Source: a virus (Duplodnaviria > Caudoviricetes). From it: 59,921 nt of DNA. Made by a program: the position numbers and the translations under genes. Position 1 is the stretch's first letter, and every line of letters starts with the position of its first letter. A model generated the notes under the pieces. That model was given only the letters and a program-made list of their open reading frames with translations, was not told where the DNA came from and searched no databases. Positions 45,442 through 57,500 of the stretch are shown piece after piece. The DNA is taken from the IMG/VR virus record IMGVR_UViG_3300037071_000511, positions 1 to 59,921 of that record. One strand, 5' to 3'.

Positions 45442-45782
45442 AACCGATCTGGTCGTGGCCGCATTTGCCGGGCGTCTATACGCTGGAGATCGGTGACGAC
45501 GGCGGCGCGTTCGCGATGAAGTCACCCACCGATCGCAAGCCTCTCAAGGTCATCGCCTCGAACGGCGATGGCTGGGATCACGTCAGCGTCAGCCGCGACG
45601 ATCGCTGCCCGGACTGGGCAGAGATGGAGCACGTCAAGCGGCTGTTCTTTCAGGACTGGGAGACGGCCATGCAGTTGCACGTTGCCGTCGCGGACCACAT
45701 CAGCCTGCATCCGAACTGCCTGCATATGTGGCGACCGCAGACGGAACTGATTCCGCTGCCGCGGCCGTACATGGTGGCGTGA
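45438..45782 (+). CDS. Conserved phage hypothetical protein
   Basis: GWDHVSVS...P.W.EM..VK.LFF...H...HP.CLH.W. Confidence 0.7.
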   Translation: MKPIWSWPHLPGVYTLEIGDDGGAFAMKSPTDRKPLKVIASNGDGWDHVSVSRDDRCPDWAEMEHVKRLFFQDWETAMQLHVAVADHISLHPNCLHMWRPQTELIPLPRPYMVA

Positions 45783-46141
45783 TGGGCATCGTCAGCCAGC
45801 GCCTGCGTGACAGCGCCAAGGGGCAGGAGTGTACGCTGCAGTTCCCCGGCGTCTGCAACCATAACCTTGAAACAACCGTGCTAGCCCACCTGCCGAGCCC
45901 GGTGAAGGGCATGGGCACCAAGTCCGATGATTTCTACGGGGTGTTCGCCTGCAGCGCCTGCCACGCCGCGCTCGACAACCATCCCACCGGGCTGACGATC
46001 GCCGTTTATATGCTCGCCGCCCTGCAGCGCACCCAGAAATACTGGTTCGAGCATGGCGACCTCATGATCGCCGGGGTGAAGCTGGTGAATGCCAAGCCGA
46101 CGACCAAGAGCCTGCCGCCGAGGAAACTGTTCGACAGATGA
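45782..46141 (+). CDS. DUF1364 (YbcO-like) Zn/HNH-type nuclease
   Basis: LR.SAKG..C....PG.C....ETTVLAH and G.G.K..D....ACS.CH. Confidence 0.8.
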   Translation: MGIVSQRLRDSAKGQECTLQFPGVCNHNLETTVLAHLPSPVKGMGTKSDDFYGVFACSACHAALDNHPTGLTIAVYMLAALQRTQKYWFEHGDLMIAGVKLVNAKPTTKSLPPRKLFDR

Positions 46142-46248
46142 AGCGCGATCTCGCCGCCTTTGCGATTGGGTTCCTCATCGCGACCTTCGTGTTGATCGTC
46201 GTGCTGGGCCTTGATCCGTCCAACCCCCTACCTTTGGAGTGGTTCTGA
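46138..46248 (+). CDS. Tiny membrane peptide
   Basis: MKRDLAAFAIGFLIATFVLIVVLG...; coupled on both sides. Confidence 0.5.
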   Translation: MKRDLAAFAIGFLIATFVLIVVLGLDPSNPLPLEWF

Positions 46249-46646
46249 TGCCAGACGGACAATTCTGTGGGCCATGCTGGCGCTGCAAGTGCGAGATGTG
46301 GTTGCCGACGTCACTCTACAACGCCGCCAAGCACAGCAGCAGGATCGTCTTCTGCTGTGCATACGGCCACGAACAGGTGTTCGCCGAGGGCGAGGGCGAG
46401 GAAGCCAAGCTGCGCCGCGAGCGTGATATGCTCAAGCAGCAGATGGCGCAGCGAGACGACGTGATCAGCCAGCAAAGCAAGGAACTTGAGCGAGAGCGGG
46501 CAGCAGTGCGTGCTCTCAAGGACGGCTCCGTTCGCGCGCGCAAGCGCAGCATCGCTGGCACCTGCCCGTGCTGTAAGCGGACGTTCCGCCAGATGGCGCT
46601 GCACATGGCCAAGCAGCATCCCGAGTTCAAAGCCGAGGCAGCATGA
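46248..46646 (+). CDS. Zn-finger/coiled-coil protein
   Basis: CxxC...C..GH and C-terminal CPCC.R.F.....H....H. Confidence 0.7.
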   Translation: MPDGQFCGPCWRCKCEMWLPTSLYNAAKHSSRIVFCCAYGHEQVFAEGEGEEAKLRRERDMLKQQMAQRDDVISQQSKELERERAAVRALKDGSVRARKRSIAGTCPCCKRTFRQMALHMAKQHPEFKAEAA

Positions 46647-46756
46647 GGTTCTGGCTGATCATACTGGCCGGTGCGATCGTCACTGCTCTCGCGTGGTGGT
46701 TTGTGGTCGTGCCGATCGGCCAGACGATCGCCGAGGCATTGGAATGCAAATGCTAA
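46643..46756 (+). CDS. Tiny membrane peptide
   Basis: MRFWLIILAGAIVTALAWWFVVVP...; ATGA coupling. Confidence 0.45.
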   Translation: MRFWLIILAGAIVTALAWWFVVVPIGQTIAEALECKC

Positions 46757-46803
46757 TCGCAGCCGCTTAACCCCCTCAACGGCTAGGGCCGCTGCGATAG
46801 ACT

Positions 46804-46832
46804 GGCCGATCCAAGTGGGTCGGCCTTTTTTT
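46804..46832 (+). terminator. Terminator at the convergence of the two transcription directions
   Basis: GGCCGATCC-AAGT-GGGTCGGCC followed by T7. Confidence 0.85.
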
Positions 46833-47259
46833 ATTCACCGCCATGACCCGGCTTGTCGCCCCCGTCAGGAGGAGGCTTGCCAGTATCACCGCCTCCACCA
46901 CCGCCGCCGCAGCCATCGCCGTGACACTCCGGTGGCGGCTCGATAACCGGCGGTTCTGGTGGCTCTGGCTTGGTCGGTGGCGTCGGCGGCGTGGGTGTCG
47001 GTGGCGTCGGCGGCGTGGGTGTCGGGCTGGGCTGATTGCTGCCACCTGACCCGCTCTCGACCGGCGGTGCCGCGTTGGGGCTGGGGCTGGGCGCTGGTGT
47101 CGTTGACGGCGAGACGCCCGGCGGGCGCTTGCACAGGAGCGCCGTGTTGACGATTCGATGCTGCTGCAGGTAGCGGCACTGCGCCTCATCGAACTCGACG
47201 TTGGCCGTCCTGCAGGAGGCTAGGACGAAAAGGACGAAAACTATCCCTGCAGTTTTCAT
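46831..47259 (-). CDS. Pro-rich lipoprotein (outer-membrane spanin candidate)
   Basis: MKT + hydrophobic stretch + lipobox LASC; PTPTPP repeats; downstream of endolysin. Confidence 0.6.
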   Translation of the reverse strand: MKTAGIVFVLFVLASCRTANVEFDEAQCRYLQQHRIVNTALLCKRPPGVSPSTTPAPSPSPNAAPPVESGSGGSNQPSPTPTPPTPPTPTPPTPPTKPEPPEPPVIEPPPECHGDGCGGGGGGGDTGKPPPDGGDKPGHGGE

Positions 47260-47393
47260 CCTTTCAGCCTTGCCTTCTTCTTGGGCTGGGGACAGATGTC
47301 GCGCGTGTCGACGCCCACCTGCTTCAAGACCCGGCACTGATCGGCGCTGAAGGTTGGCTTTTTCCCGCTCAACAACAGGCCCGCCGCCAGCAC
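47256..47393 (-). CDS. 45-aa peptide paralogous to the lipoprotein N-domain (not in ORF track)
   Basis: GAAGGA RBS, GTG start, ATGA coupling; F...QCR.L.Q..V.T...C shared with the next gene. Confidence 0.45.
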   Translation of the reverse strand: MLAAGLLLSGKKPTFSADQCRVLKQVGVDTRDICPQPKKKARLKG

Positions 47394-47395
47394 GA

Positions 47396-47884
47396 TCAGG
47401 GCGATCCTTCCAGCGGATAGTGCCAGATCAATGGCTCGTCTGTTCCCGGGAAGGTGGGCGATTTCGAATCAGGCCTCCGCATGTGATCCACGATCAGTTG
47501 CAATGTTGCGCAATACGATTCGAGCTTTGCTTCGTCAGGCCGGTCTTCGAGGATGACGCCCACCGTGTACCTGTCAGACCCTTGGTAGGCGAACCCGGTC
47601 GAGACGCTGAAGATGTCGCCGCCGCCGCGCTGGCTGGCGATGCGCAGGACGCAGGGCATTTTGTCCGACGTGTATTCCTCGTAGCGCGAGAGGAATTTAT
47701 TCAGCATCGACACATCGTTCATCGCCCGCCAGAACACGTATGAGGGAATTGCGATCGCGACGAGCAAGGCGATCGTCAAGACCTGTGACAGGGTGAGCGA
47801 TTGGACGATCTTCACCAGTTCGCCAACCAGACCGATACGCCCCCCCAACGCAGGCGGCGGTGCCGGTGGCGGCTGCTCAGTCAT
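47396..47884 (-). CDS. Single-TM membrane protein in lysis cassette (i-spanin/holin-like candidate)
   Basis: N-terminal TM segment; overlaps the endolysin end. Confidence 0.55.
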   Translation of the reverse strand: MTEQPPPAPPPALGGRIGLVGELVKIVQSLTLSQVLTIALLVAIAIPSYVFWRAMNDVSMLNKFLSRYEEYTSDKMPCVLRIASQRGGGDIFSVSTGFAYQGSDRYTVGVILEDRPDEAKLESYCATLQLIVDHMRRPDSKSPTFPGTDEPLIWHYPLEGSP

Positions 47885-48548
47885 CCCGCTCGACCTTGAC
47901 CTCGACTGGCGTGCCGTCTGGCACCGTGACTGTCACCCGGTAGACGATCTCCATCAGACCCGCGGCCACTTCCGAGATCATCAGAGCTTCGAGGAACTTG
48001 TCGTGATACCCGGCGACCCTCGCGCCGTTGGTCTTGACGTCGTTGTTGATGATGATGCGCGCCCCGGTCGGATCGTTCTTGGTCGCCGAGAAGAAGTCAT
48101 CGAGCGCCTTGCCAGTGAACCAGCCGCCTTCCATCCCGTGGTACATCACGTTGGCAGATATGGTTGGATCGAGCGCCCGATCAGGGTGCCACTCCAAGTC
48201 ATCCGTACCGCCAGTCAGATCCAATTCTCTAGTAGCGTTTCTGTAGTTCTCGCGCCACGTAAGTTGAACGTCGCCCCTTCCATAATATGCGTGCCCCGTT
48301 TCTTTATCAACAGCCCCGTATTTCTTGCCTTTACCTTTGCCATACTCTTCGATCGGCCACATAGTCTTTGCCGTTTCATGGTAACTCGTTGCAAAGGGGT
48401 AGGCGAGGTGGCGTAAGTCTGAGGATAGCGTGCTCGCTTCATAGGCCGCTAGCTTGAAGTTCATTCCGTCTACCTGTTGCTGAGACATCCCCTTCGGAAA
48501 GAGGCTGGCGCGAATCGAATTGAAGAATTTGGTCCGGTCGAATTTCAT
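47877..48548 (-). CDS. Endolysin, GH19 chitinase-like lysozyme
   Basis: LAY..AT..HET..M.PI.E.G, YYGRG.VQLTW..NY, G.FTG..L and AR.IIN. Confidence 0.85.
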   Translation of the reverse strand: MKFDRTKFFNSIRASLFPKGMSQQQVDGMNFKLAAYEASTLSSDLRHLAYPFATSYHETAKTMWPIEEYGKGKGKKYGAVDKETGHAYYGRGDVQLTWRENYRNATRELDLTGGTDDLEWHPDRALDPTISANVMYHGMEGGWFTGKALDDFFSATKNDPTGARIIINNDVKTNGARVAGYHDKFLEALMISEVAAGLMEIVYRVTVTVPDGTPVEVKVERDD

Positions 48549-51500
48549 TGCACCGGCTCCTTCTTCGGCTTCCGGGTGCGCGTATCGAACTCGTCCACCC
48601 GCTGCCCAAGGTTCTCGAACTTCGACATGATGTCGGCCGCCCGGGAATCATGTGCCGACTGGCTGATCAAGCCCCGGTCGAGGTCACTGGCGTTGTCACG
48701 GAACTCTTTCGTCAGCGCTCTCTGCACCTTCTGGAAATCGAAGAAGTGCCACATGATTCCGTTCTCGACGTCGACCGGCTTGAACTTGATGCCGATCGAA
48801 CTAAGCGCCGCCTGCGTCAGCGAATAGGGGCGGTCGGTGTACTTTTCCTTCGCGCCGTAAAGCGCGTTGGCGATCTTCGTCCAGTACCACGACCGTGGCG
48901 TCCAGAACGATGCCGGTGCCCACGACTTCCACGCCCAGTCGGCCACGCCCGAAAACTTGTCACCAGCATCCTGCGTCAGTTGGTTGGTGATGTCCTCGCC
49001 CGAGAAGGCCTGCCGGTTGAGCATGAACTCGAAGGCCATCTGCAGCGGCCCGCCGAACTGCAGCGGGGCCGGGATCGGCAGCGCGCTCGACCCCTGCGAG
49101 GTGTCGAAGATGTCCCCGGCCGGTATCCAGCGGCGCACGTCGAGGAATACCGGCAGGCCATGCGCATCGCGCCACGGCATGCGCAACATGCGCGGTGTGC
49201 CCAGCCAAGTGTATCCTTGCTCTTCATCCCGCAGCGCCGCGCGCTCGCGTTCCTCGCCGTCGTCGCCGTCGTCCCACAGATAGGCCAGCGCGTTGACCGC
49301 GTAGGCGATCGCCATATACTTCGCCACCTTCCACGGCCGGTGCATGAGGCCTTCTGCTAGCTTCGGCACCGCCCGGTAGGTGTAGCTGATGAACGGGAAC
49401 AGCGAGTTGCGCATCATCACGATCCACGGCGCGCGGATGTCGTAGTTGAGGAACTGATCCCGGGCATTCGCTGCAGCCACCTGTGGGCTTTCGCCCTGTG
49501 AGCGCCGCCGCATGTAGGTGGCCATGCGGAATAATTGATCCTCGGCCTGATAGGCACGCAGCATGCCGTCGTCGGCGGTCTTGGCCCACGTCCACAGCTT
49601 GTCGGCGACGACGCCCAGAACGCCTGCCCGAGCGAGGAACGGATTGCTCGCGCCCGTGGTCTGCTTGCTGATCTCATCGAGGATCGGCTTGAACACCTGA
49701 TCGCGAATCTCTTGGCTGATCTGGTCGCCACCGAAAGCGCCGTTGTCGAGCGCCTCCTGATAGTTGGCATCGCCCTTGTAGAAAGCCTTGATCCCGGCGG
49801 CGAGGTCTTGCATCCGCACGTCGGCCAAATCCATGAGCACCAAATTCGAGTTGATGTTGTTCATGTGGACGACCGGGTTGCGGCCGGTCTTGTTCTTCTT
49901 GAACTGCGACATCAACTTGCGCCACGTCCCCGGCCGGTTGGCGATGTCGACTTCGTTGAGGTCGCGCCATATCTCGGCGCGCACGAACTTCCCGGCCAGC
50001 GCGCCCCAGCGCTTCTTGCCGCCGGTCCCCTGAATGTTGGTGTCGGGCACCTTGACCCAGCCGATCGACGGGTCTTCCCAGAAGCGGCCGTATTCGCTCG
50101 CGTCCTTCCATGTGCCATCCGGCGGCGGCGTCGACTTCGTCCACTCCTGCTTGACCGCCACGTCACGGAAGAAACGACCAGTGCTGAGATCGTTAGCCAT
50201 CAGCATGAAGGTCTTGGCGATTGTGTAGCGGGCGTCGACAATTTCGCCCATCTTGTCGCGCTCTGTCTTGGTGTAGTCGCGCCACAACGTGTTGGTCTTG
50301 CCCTGCTTGCGCACCTCCCACGTTCCCCGATCGACCCAGTTCGCGCCCTGATACTTAGCCGGAATAGTTTCGTTAGCTGGCAAATAGACGCGCCGCAGAG
50401 TCTTCTCTACAGGCGCTGCGCCCGGCGTCAGACTGGCCATCGTGCTGACCTCATCGATCACCCGGAACTTCTCGCCCAGAACGGGCGCACCGCGACCGCC
50501 GCTCTTGAACGATTCCACATCCTGCATCAGGCGATCGCCCTCGACATCCATGAAGATGCCCCGGCCTTTCAGTTCATCGCCAATGATCTTCTTGCGGCGG
50601 TTGCTCATCTTGGCCGACACCCAGCCCGCCAGCGTCGACTGGTCGACCTCGTTCTTGGCATAGACCCGGTGGAGATAAGCGCCACGATTACGCTCAAAAC
50701 TCTCGGCCGAGATCAGCCCGAGCGAAACGGCCTCGGCCCCCATGTCATCGATCGCTTTGCGAATCGGCACCGACAGCTTGATCATGTCAGCATCGGTGAC
50801 GTTCTCGCCGGTCAGCACCGCCTGCAGCACCTTGGCTTCCGCCGTGCCGACGCCAGCATTCGACAACACCTTCAGGACACCCTGCGTCTCGCGCAGGATC
50901 GCGGCCTTGCCAAGATCGCTCTTGCGGTAGGTGTCGATGTATTCCGGGTCGAGCCCGTAGCCGTCGATCAGCCCGCGCTTGGCGTTCTCCGCGAAGTGGC
51001 CCATGAACCCGAATGCCCCGGTCGTCGGCCACGGCTTGGAGCCAAGGATGTAAGCGCCCACCGATCCGCCTGCGGCAAAGCCGATCGCGCCACCGACAGG
51101 ACCGCCGATCGCACTGCCGACGCCAGCACCAATGACGCCACCGATCCCCAAGCCTTGTATCCCGGCCGGTCCCATCTTGTCGGTCAGCCGCTTGCCCGGC
51201 CGCCAGCGGCTCTGGTTGTCAAGCCCGCCGAGCATATCGAACGGCACGCGAATCGCGCGGTCGACCGGCTGGCCGCGATTGAGGAATCCTTGGCTGACCT
51301 GTTGCGCCTGCTGCGCACTGTGCGGCGCGGTGAGCAGGCTGAAGCGCGCATCATTCGGCCCGCTGGGCGGCTTGCTGAATTTGGCGACGTTCTCTGTCGT
51401 CGGCGGGTGCCACCACATCAGGCCCTGCTTGCCCAGCTTGAAGCCCCACTTGGTGTAGATTTTGGCCAGCTTCTTCGCGCCGATCGCACCGCGGTCCCAC

Positions 51501-54500
51501 GTCGTCAGCGCCAGCGGCACGTTGTGCTTGGTGGCAAGCTCCTTCAGGTACTCCATGCCCTGCGTGCCCATGCCGGATTTCTGCGGATAGGCCGACAGCC
51601 ACTTCACGTACAGGGCGTCACCGTAGTTCTCCAACTGCATCATGATGGCCGCGGTCTGCTCTTTGTTGGCAAACCCGATCTCGGCATTGTTCAGCGGATT
51701 GGGGAACAGGGTGGCGAAGGCCTCGTTGAGCGCGGCATCGATGCGCGTCTTCACCGCCGCCTTCTCACCGCCGCCGAGATTGAGCGGCTTCGAGAACAGC
51801 GCCAGTTGATTCTTCTCGTCGCCGAACAGCGGCAGTTCGCCGACATCCTTCTGGCCCACGGTCGGCCGCATTGGCGCTTCCGCCCGGCGCTGCGCCAGCG
51901 TTTTCTCGCTGACCTTCTCGGCCCCCGGAATGACCAACTGTTCCGCCGGGCCATCGAACAGGTCGACTATCTCGGTCGGGACCGGCGGCGCTGGCTGCGC
52001 TGCCCGCTTCTCCTCCATATACAGATGGGTCGCGAGGCTCGATGCGTGATTGTACTGGGTCAGCGGATAGGCACTGCGCATCAGTTCGCCAGTGCGGCGA
52101 TCGCGGACGATGTACTGGTTCTTGCCGATCGGGCCATATTCAAAATCCCCAGCGCGCCCCTTCTGCACGAACCCCTCGGGCGCTGGCTTGGAGAACTTCG
52201 CGCCTTCGGTCACCAGCTTGCCGGTAGCATCTACGAACACCTGATTCTCTGGCCTGTTGATCAGGATGAACTCGCCTTCGCCGCCGCGATCGGTGACCGC
52301 CAGAATGTGCTCGCTGTCGAGCGGCACCTCGGCGCTGAGAATCTGGAACTCCTGCTGCACGCCTTCCTTGTGCGCTGGCTGGTGGCCCTGCGAGGCGTAG
52401 TCGTAGCTCACGCTCCACGACAGGATGGTCCGCTTGCTGCCCTGTGCGACCTGTCTCTGCTTGCGGTAGAGCTTGACGGTCGGCCCGTAATTGTCCCGCA
52501 GGATTTCCAAAATGGGTTCGACATCCGCCCTGATCTTGTCCAGCAATGCCGGGTCATCGCCTCGCGCCGCCCTTTCAAGCTGGCCCTGCCCCTGTCGAAC
52601 GGCGAGGCTCATGGCCCCCGTTCCAACCCGCTCTCCCCGCGGCGTCCATTGCGTGTACTCGACTATCGCCTCCTGCACGGCGGTGTTGAGTTTTTGGTCG
52701 GCCCGATCCAGCTTTTCCTTGACGTTGCGCGGGAAGTTTTCGCGTTTCGGCTCGACCTTGCTGAACCACGGCTGGCCCTCCATCCACGCAGGTTCACTAG
52801 GCGAGGCTTGCCCGGGCGATGTCACCTCGATGCCAGCGCCCACCTGCGTGCGACCGCCGATCTTGCCGCTCTGCACCTGCCGGAACACGTCCTCGGCCGT
52901 GCGAATGTCGTGACCTGTCAGCGCCTGATACAGCGCCTTCAGGAAGGTTTTGAATTTCTTGAAGGTGCGGCTGATCATGCCGTCCATGCGAGCGCCGTTC
53001 AGCCACTCGACATAGGCGTGCGTGATGCCCTCCTCGACCCACTGCGCCTGCGGATACTGCCGCTTGATCTCGTCGGTGATCCATTCCTTCCGCGACTTGC
53101 GCCGCAGGATCGCCTTCTCGCTGTCGGTCGCGGCGAGTTCCATAATGGCGTGCATCACCTCATGGTGCAGCGCGTCTTCCGGGCTAGCGACCGGCTTCGA
53201 TCCGATCTGCAACGCGACATTGATTGCGTCGTGGAGATAGACGCCGTTGACGTTGAACTCGTCTTCGCCCTGAGTGACGAGAACTTCCTCCCAGACACTC
53301 AGGTCGACGCCCTTCAGGCCATAGCCGTCGAGGATTTTGCGGAAGCTCTTGAGGAACCCTGCCGCCTTGGCGACGAACGCTGGCGTGGTGGTGTAGGTGA
53401 TGTTTTCGGCGGGAGTAACGACAGTTTCCTGCCGCCCGGCCGGTGGCAGCAGGAGGCTTGGCGCTGCCCGTGCAATGGCTACTTCTTGCTGCCGAGCCGC
53501 CCTGCCTGCGCCGGGCCGTATTTTTTCTGGACGTTGGCCACGGCCTCTTCGCTCAACATGTCTCCCCGCTCCAATTTTTCCTCCGGCGACAAACCGGGCT
53601 CCGAGAGCCAAGAGCGGTGCTTTTCCCGTAGCCTCTGAGACTCTTGCGTTAAGATGGTCGTCCGATCTGATTTTGACATAGCTGGCGAATTTACCTTTCG
53701 ATTTCGCGTAGTCGAAAATATACGGCGGGGCCGCCACCACCTTCATGAAAAAGTCCGGGTTGATCAGCCGTCCCTTTTCTACGAATCTCTTCCACATACG
53801 GCGCGCGGCCGTGTCCTGCGTGACATCCAGCAAGGCGAGATGGACGGTATAGCCGTTCTTCTCCAGCATGCCGCGCCACCACTCGATGCTGCCGTGCTGG
53901 TCGCCCACCGTGGGGATGATGAGATTGGCACCCTCGCTGACAAGCTGGTCAGTGACCATATCGCCTAGCTGTTTGCTTTCGTTATGAACTGCGTTCGCGC
54001 CCATGCCGGGCGTCATCTTCCCATTGGCGTCCGGGGCGGTGTATCCGGGGATGACCTTCTTGGCCTCATCGACATCGGTGATTGCCGCCTTGAACTCATA
54101 GGCAAGTGCATTGGCGATAGTCGATTTGCCTGCCGCAGGTGGGCCCTGAACGATGATCGCGAGGCGCTTGTTCTCGACAGTGTACGGCTTGACGTGGTCG
54201 AGCCGCACCCCCACCCCCGTCTCTCTCACCTTTGCGTTGTGGTAGTCGATGCCTTCATTGATCTCCTTGGTCGCCAGCCCGTGGGCAACGTCGTACAGAT
54301 AATCGAGCGCTTCCTGCAGCTTGACCTTTGCGCCTTTGACATTCCACCGCCGGGCCGCCAACCACTCGGGCGTCCAGTATCCTTCCTCATCAGACGTGAT
54401 GGGGACGTCGTTCATTGCCTTCACGGCGGCAAGGGCTTCAGGCGTCTTCAGCTTCTTGAGCGCCCGTTTCCTGAGTAGCTTCTCAACCAGACCCAGCCTG

Positions 54501-57500
54501 CGCGGCGGCGGCTCATCGGTTGTCGGCATCTGCCGTGAGAACTTCGCGCCTTCCTTGGCCTTCGCCTCTGCCTCTTGCCTCTCTGCCAGCGCCTGCGCTT
54601 TGGCCGCAGCCGCACGCTTTTCACCATCCGCCTTGATCTGGGCGGCCATCGCCTCTTTAGCTGTCAGTTCCTCTTTGGCAGGTGCTTTTGGCGCAGGACT
54701 TGGGCGTCCTTCAGCTTTCGGTCGCGGTTTAGTTTCGACGGCTCGCCCTTGGCTTGGTGCTCCAGCGTTCTTGCCAGTAGCTCGATCGCCACCGGGGAGC
54801 TTTTCTTGGACTGCTGTTTCGCCATATTGCCGTGCCTTTGCCGTTGCGAGAATCGCTGTTGCCGGGGGTGCCGTCTCGCCAAGCAGATCGACCCCGGAGG
54901 TCGTCTTGCGAGCTTCCGTCGCATAGAAGCGCAACGCATCGGCCAGCTTCTCACGCCCAGCGGGCATCGTCCAGCTTGCCGTATTACGAAACATCAGCCG
55001 CAATATGGCCTCGGCCGCGGGCGAGATCGTTGACCCGGAGAAGATATCCTTCTGCGCGACGAACTCGGCGAGTGGCCGCCCTTCGCTGCGCGCACGCTGC
55101 ACCAGCCGCACCGCTTCGAGCACGGCCGCGGTGACGTCCACGTCGGGATCGATCGCGTCACTCTTGGCCTCGTCGCGCATCTGCGCCCACACGCCAGCCA
55201 CGTCCATCAGCGCGCCGCCGATCGCCTTGATGTTGGTGTCGGTGGATTCGACCAGAGCGCCGACGAGATCGGCATCGCCATAGGCCCGGGCAAGCAGCGC
55301 ACTCTGTATGCGCCGGATCGCCTCCTGCGACAGGCCGCCTTCCGGCGTGACCATCGCCGCCTGTTCGTTGGGATTGACCACCTGCTGCATGAAGGAGCGG
55401 ACGAAATCGCGGTTGCCAGCGTCGGCGATATCACCGCCCCGATAGAGTTCGACCGTCTCTGGCTTCATCGCCGCCGCGTCAGCCAGCGCCCGCTCTGTCG
55501 CCGACATCGCCAGCGTGGTCCGTTCGTTGGCTTCCCGGGTGAAGGCCTGCCGCTGGTCCGTTGCCAGTTGCCCCTTCCTGACACGCACAAGCACGGGACG
55601 GCGCATCCCCTGCACCGGGTAGCCCTTGGATGCCAGATAGTCGACGTAGGCCTTGGCCGTGGCCAAGCCTTGGGTGAAGGCGCGACGGATCGCCAGCACG
55701 CGGCCGTTGCCGCTCTCGACAACACCGTCTTCCGAAATAATCGGAGCACCGTCGCTGGCGTTTGGATTCTGGTCGAGCAGCGCCGGGTTGAGGTTCTGGG
55801 CGATCTTGTTGATTTGCTGATCCGACGTGCCGCGGCTGCGGTCGCGCGGCTGCAGTTCACCCGGATAGGCCGGGTTGACCCCGCCCTCGTCGCGCTGCGA
55901 GGCGATCAGGTCGTCGGCCTCGATCACGGCGTAGGTGACAGGCACGTCGCGGCCTGACGCAGTGATGGCGACATCGTCCTTGATCGGGCGCGTCTCTGGC
56001 CTCGCCTGTACTTCCGGCGCGGCGGCTCCGCGATTGGCTTCGAGCTTCGCCTTCAGTTCCGATTGCTTGGGTGGTTCCGCCGCGGTCGGCTGCTCGACCG
56101 GGACATAGCCGTCGCGCAAGGCCTCGTTGGCCGCCTCCTTCAGCGTGTTGAACGTGGTGTGGCCGAACGGCCCTGCCTTGTCGAAACGGGTGATTCGGAA
56201 TTTCCCGGGCTCTGCCATGTCGGGCCCGATCAGCGCCCGGTGTCCGTCCCGGGACTGATGCTCCATCCGGGTCGATCCGCCCTTCTCCGCGATCGCCTCG
56301 GCCTTGGCCTCGCGCTCTGCCAGATGGGCCTTGGACTTGGCGACGAACTCCTCGAACGACTGCGTGTCTTCGGATCGCGGGTGCGCGTCGTCGCTGACAT
56401 CCTCGATCGGTGGCGCTGGCGTCGGTGCCGTTGCCCGTTCGAGCGCCGTGTCCACAGGAGGCGCTACAGCGGCGGGAGCAGCGGCGGGTGCCGCAGTACC
56501 GCCCACCTCGGCCGCGCTCGCTGGCGGGGCCGCCTGCTGCCCGGGCGTGGCAATTGGAGAGGGAGCAACCCCTCCCGTAATCTGGGCGATAAGCGCCGCT
56601 GTGTTGGCCCGCAGTTCCGCCGTCAGATCGGCCACCGGGGTCTGCACCACCTGTCGCTTGCCGTTGACCAATTCGGTGTGGGTGACGGTCGATGGCTGGC
56701 CGGTCGCCACCTCGACCAGTGCCTTGCCGTCATCGATGACGTCGTTGGGGATAGGCGACGAGCGATCCGTCTCGGTCAGCCGCGGACTGGCAACGCGCTC
56801 ATCTTCCGGCGGCTGCAGCGCTTCTTTGACCGCGCCCTCGGCCACCTCGACTGTCGGCTTGAGCAGGGCGTTGCCGATCATCGTGATGCTGCCGTCTGCA
56901 AGACGGACTTGAGTCATGTTGTCGCCGCGCTTGATCACGTCCACGGTCATGCCGTGCAGCGGGCCTGCCGGTTGCTCGACGCCAGACTCGTCAGTGAACG
57001 CCGGATCATTGACGACCATCGTCGGGGATGGCTCGACGGCGAGCGCCTCCTCCGCTGGGATTATGTCCTCGGCCGGTTGCGCCCCGGCTGGCGGTTCATA
57101 GCGCGCCCGGGGCTGTCCCTCTGGCGCGGGTGCCTCGCGCTCACCACCCAGCGTGAACGGCAGCGCCGCCGCTGTGACCGTGGTGCCGACAGCGCCACCG
57201 ACAGCAACGCTCTGCGCGACGTTCTCGTAGGGGTCTTGGTCGGGGTTGTAGGTGAACTGGGCAATCTTGTTCTGCATGAATTGCTGCAGACCCTCTTGCC
57301 CACCTTCAACGACAAAGCCCTTGCCCAGCTTGACCAGCGCGTCAGCGAACTTGCCCCACTTGCCGACAGGCACCTTGCTGAAGAAAGCCTCCAGCGGGGC
57401 GTACTCCGTCGCGCCCGGGAAGAATGAAAGATTGGCCGCCTGCAGGACGTCTTCCTTGGAAGCCCCTTGCTTCAGCGCCATGTCGACCTGTTCGCCGACT

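Noticed and set aside
46977-47024. 24-bp tandem repeat
   Set aside because: Simply encodes the PTPTPP linker of the lipoprotein.
48215-48442. Nested ORF in the endolysin gene
   Set aside because: The host frame carries the catalytic motifs here and the alternative frame does not look protein-like.
49535-53638. 1367-aa plus-strand ORF
   Set aside because: Antisense shadow of the giant gene caused by high GC3; no motifs.
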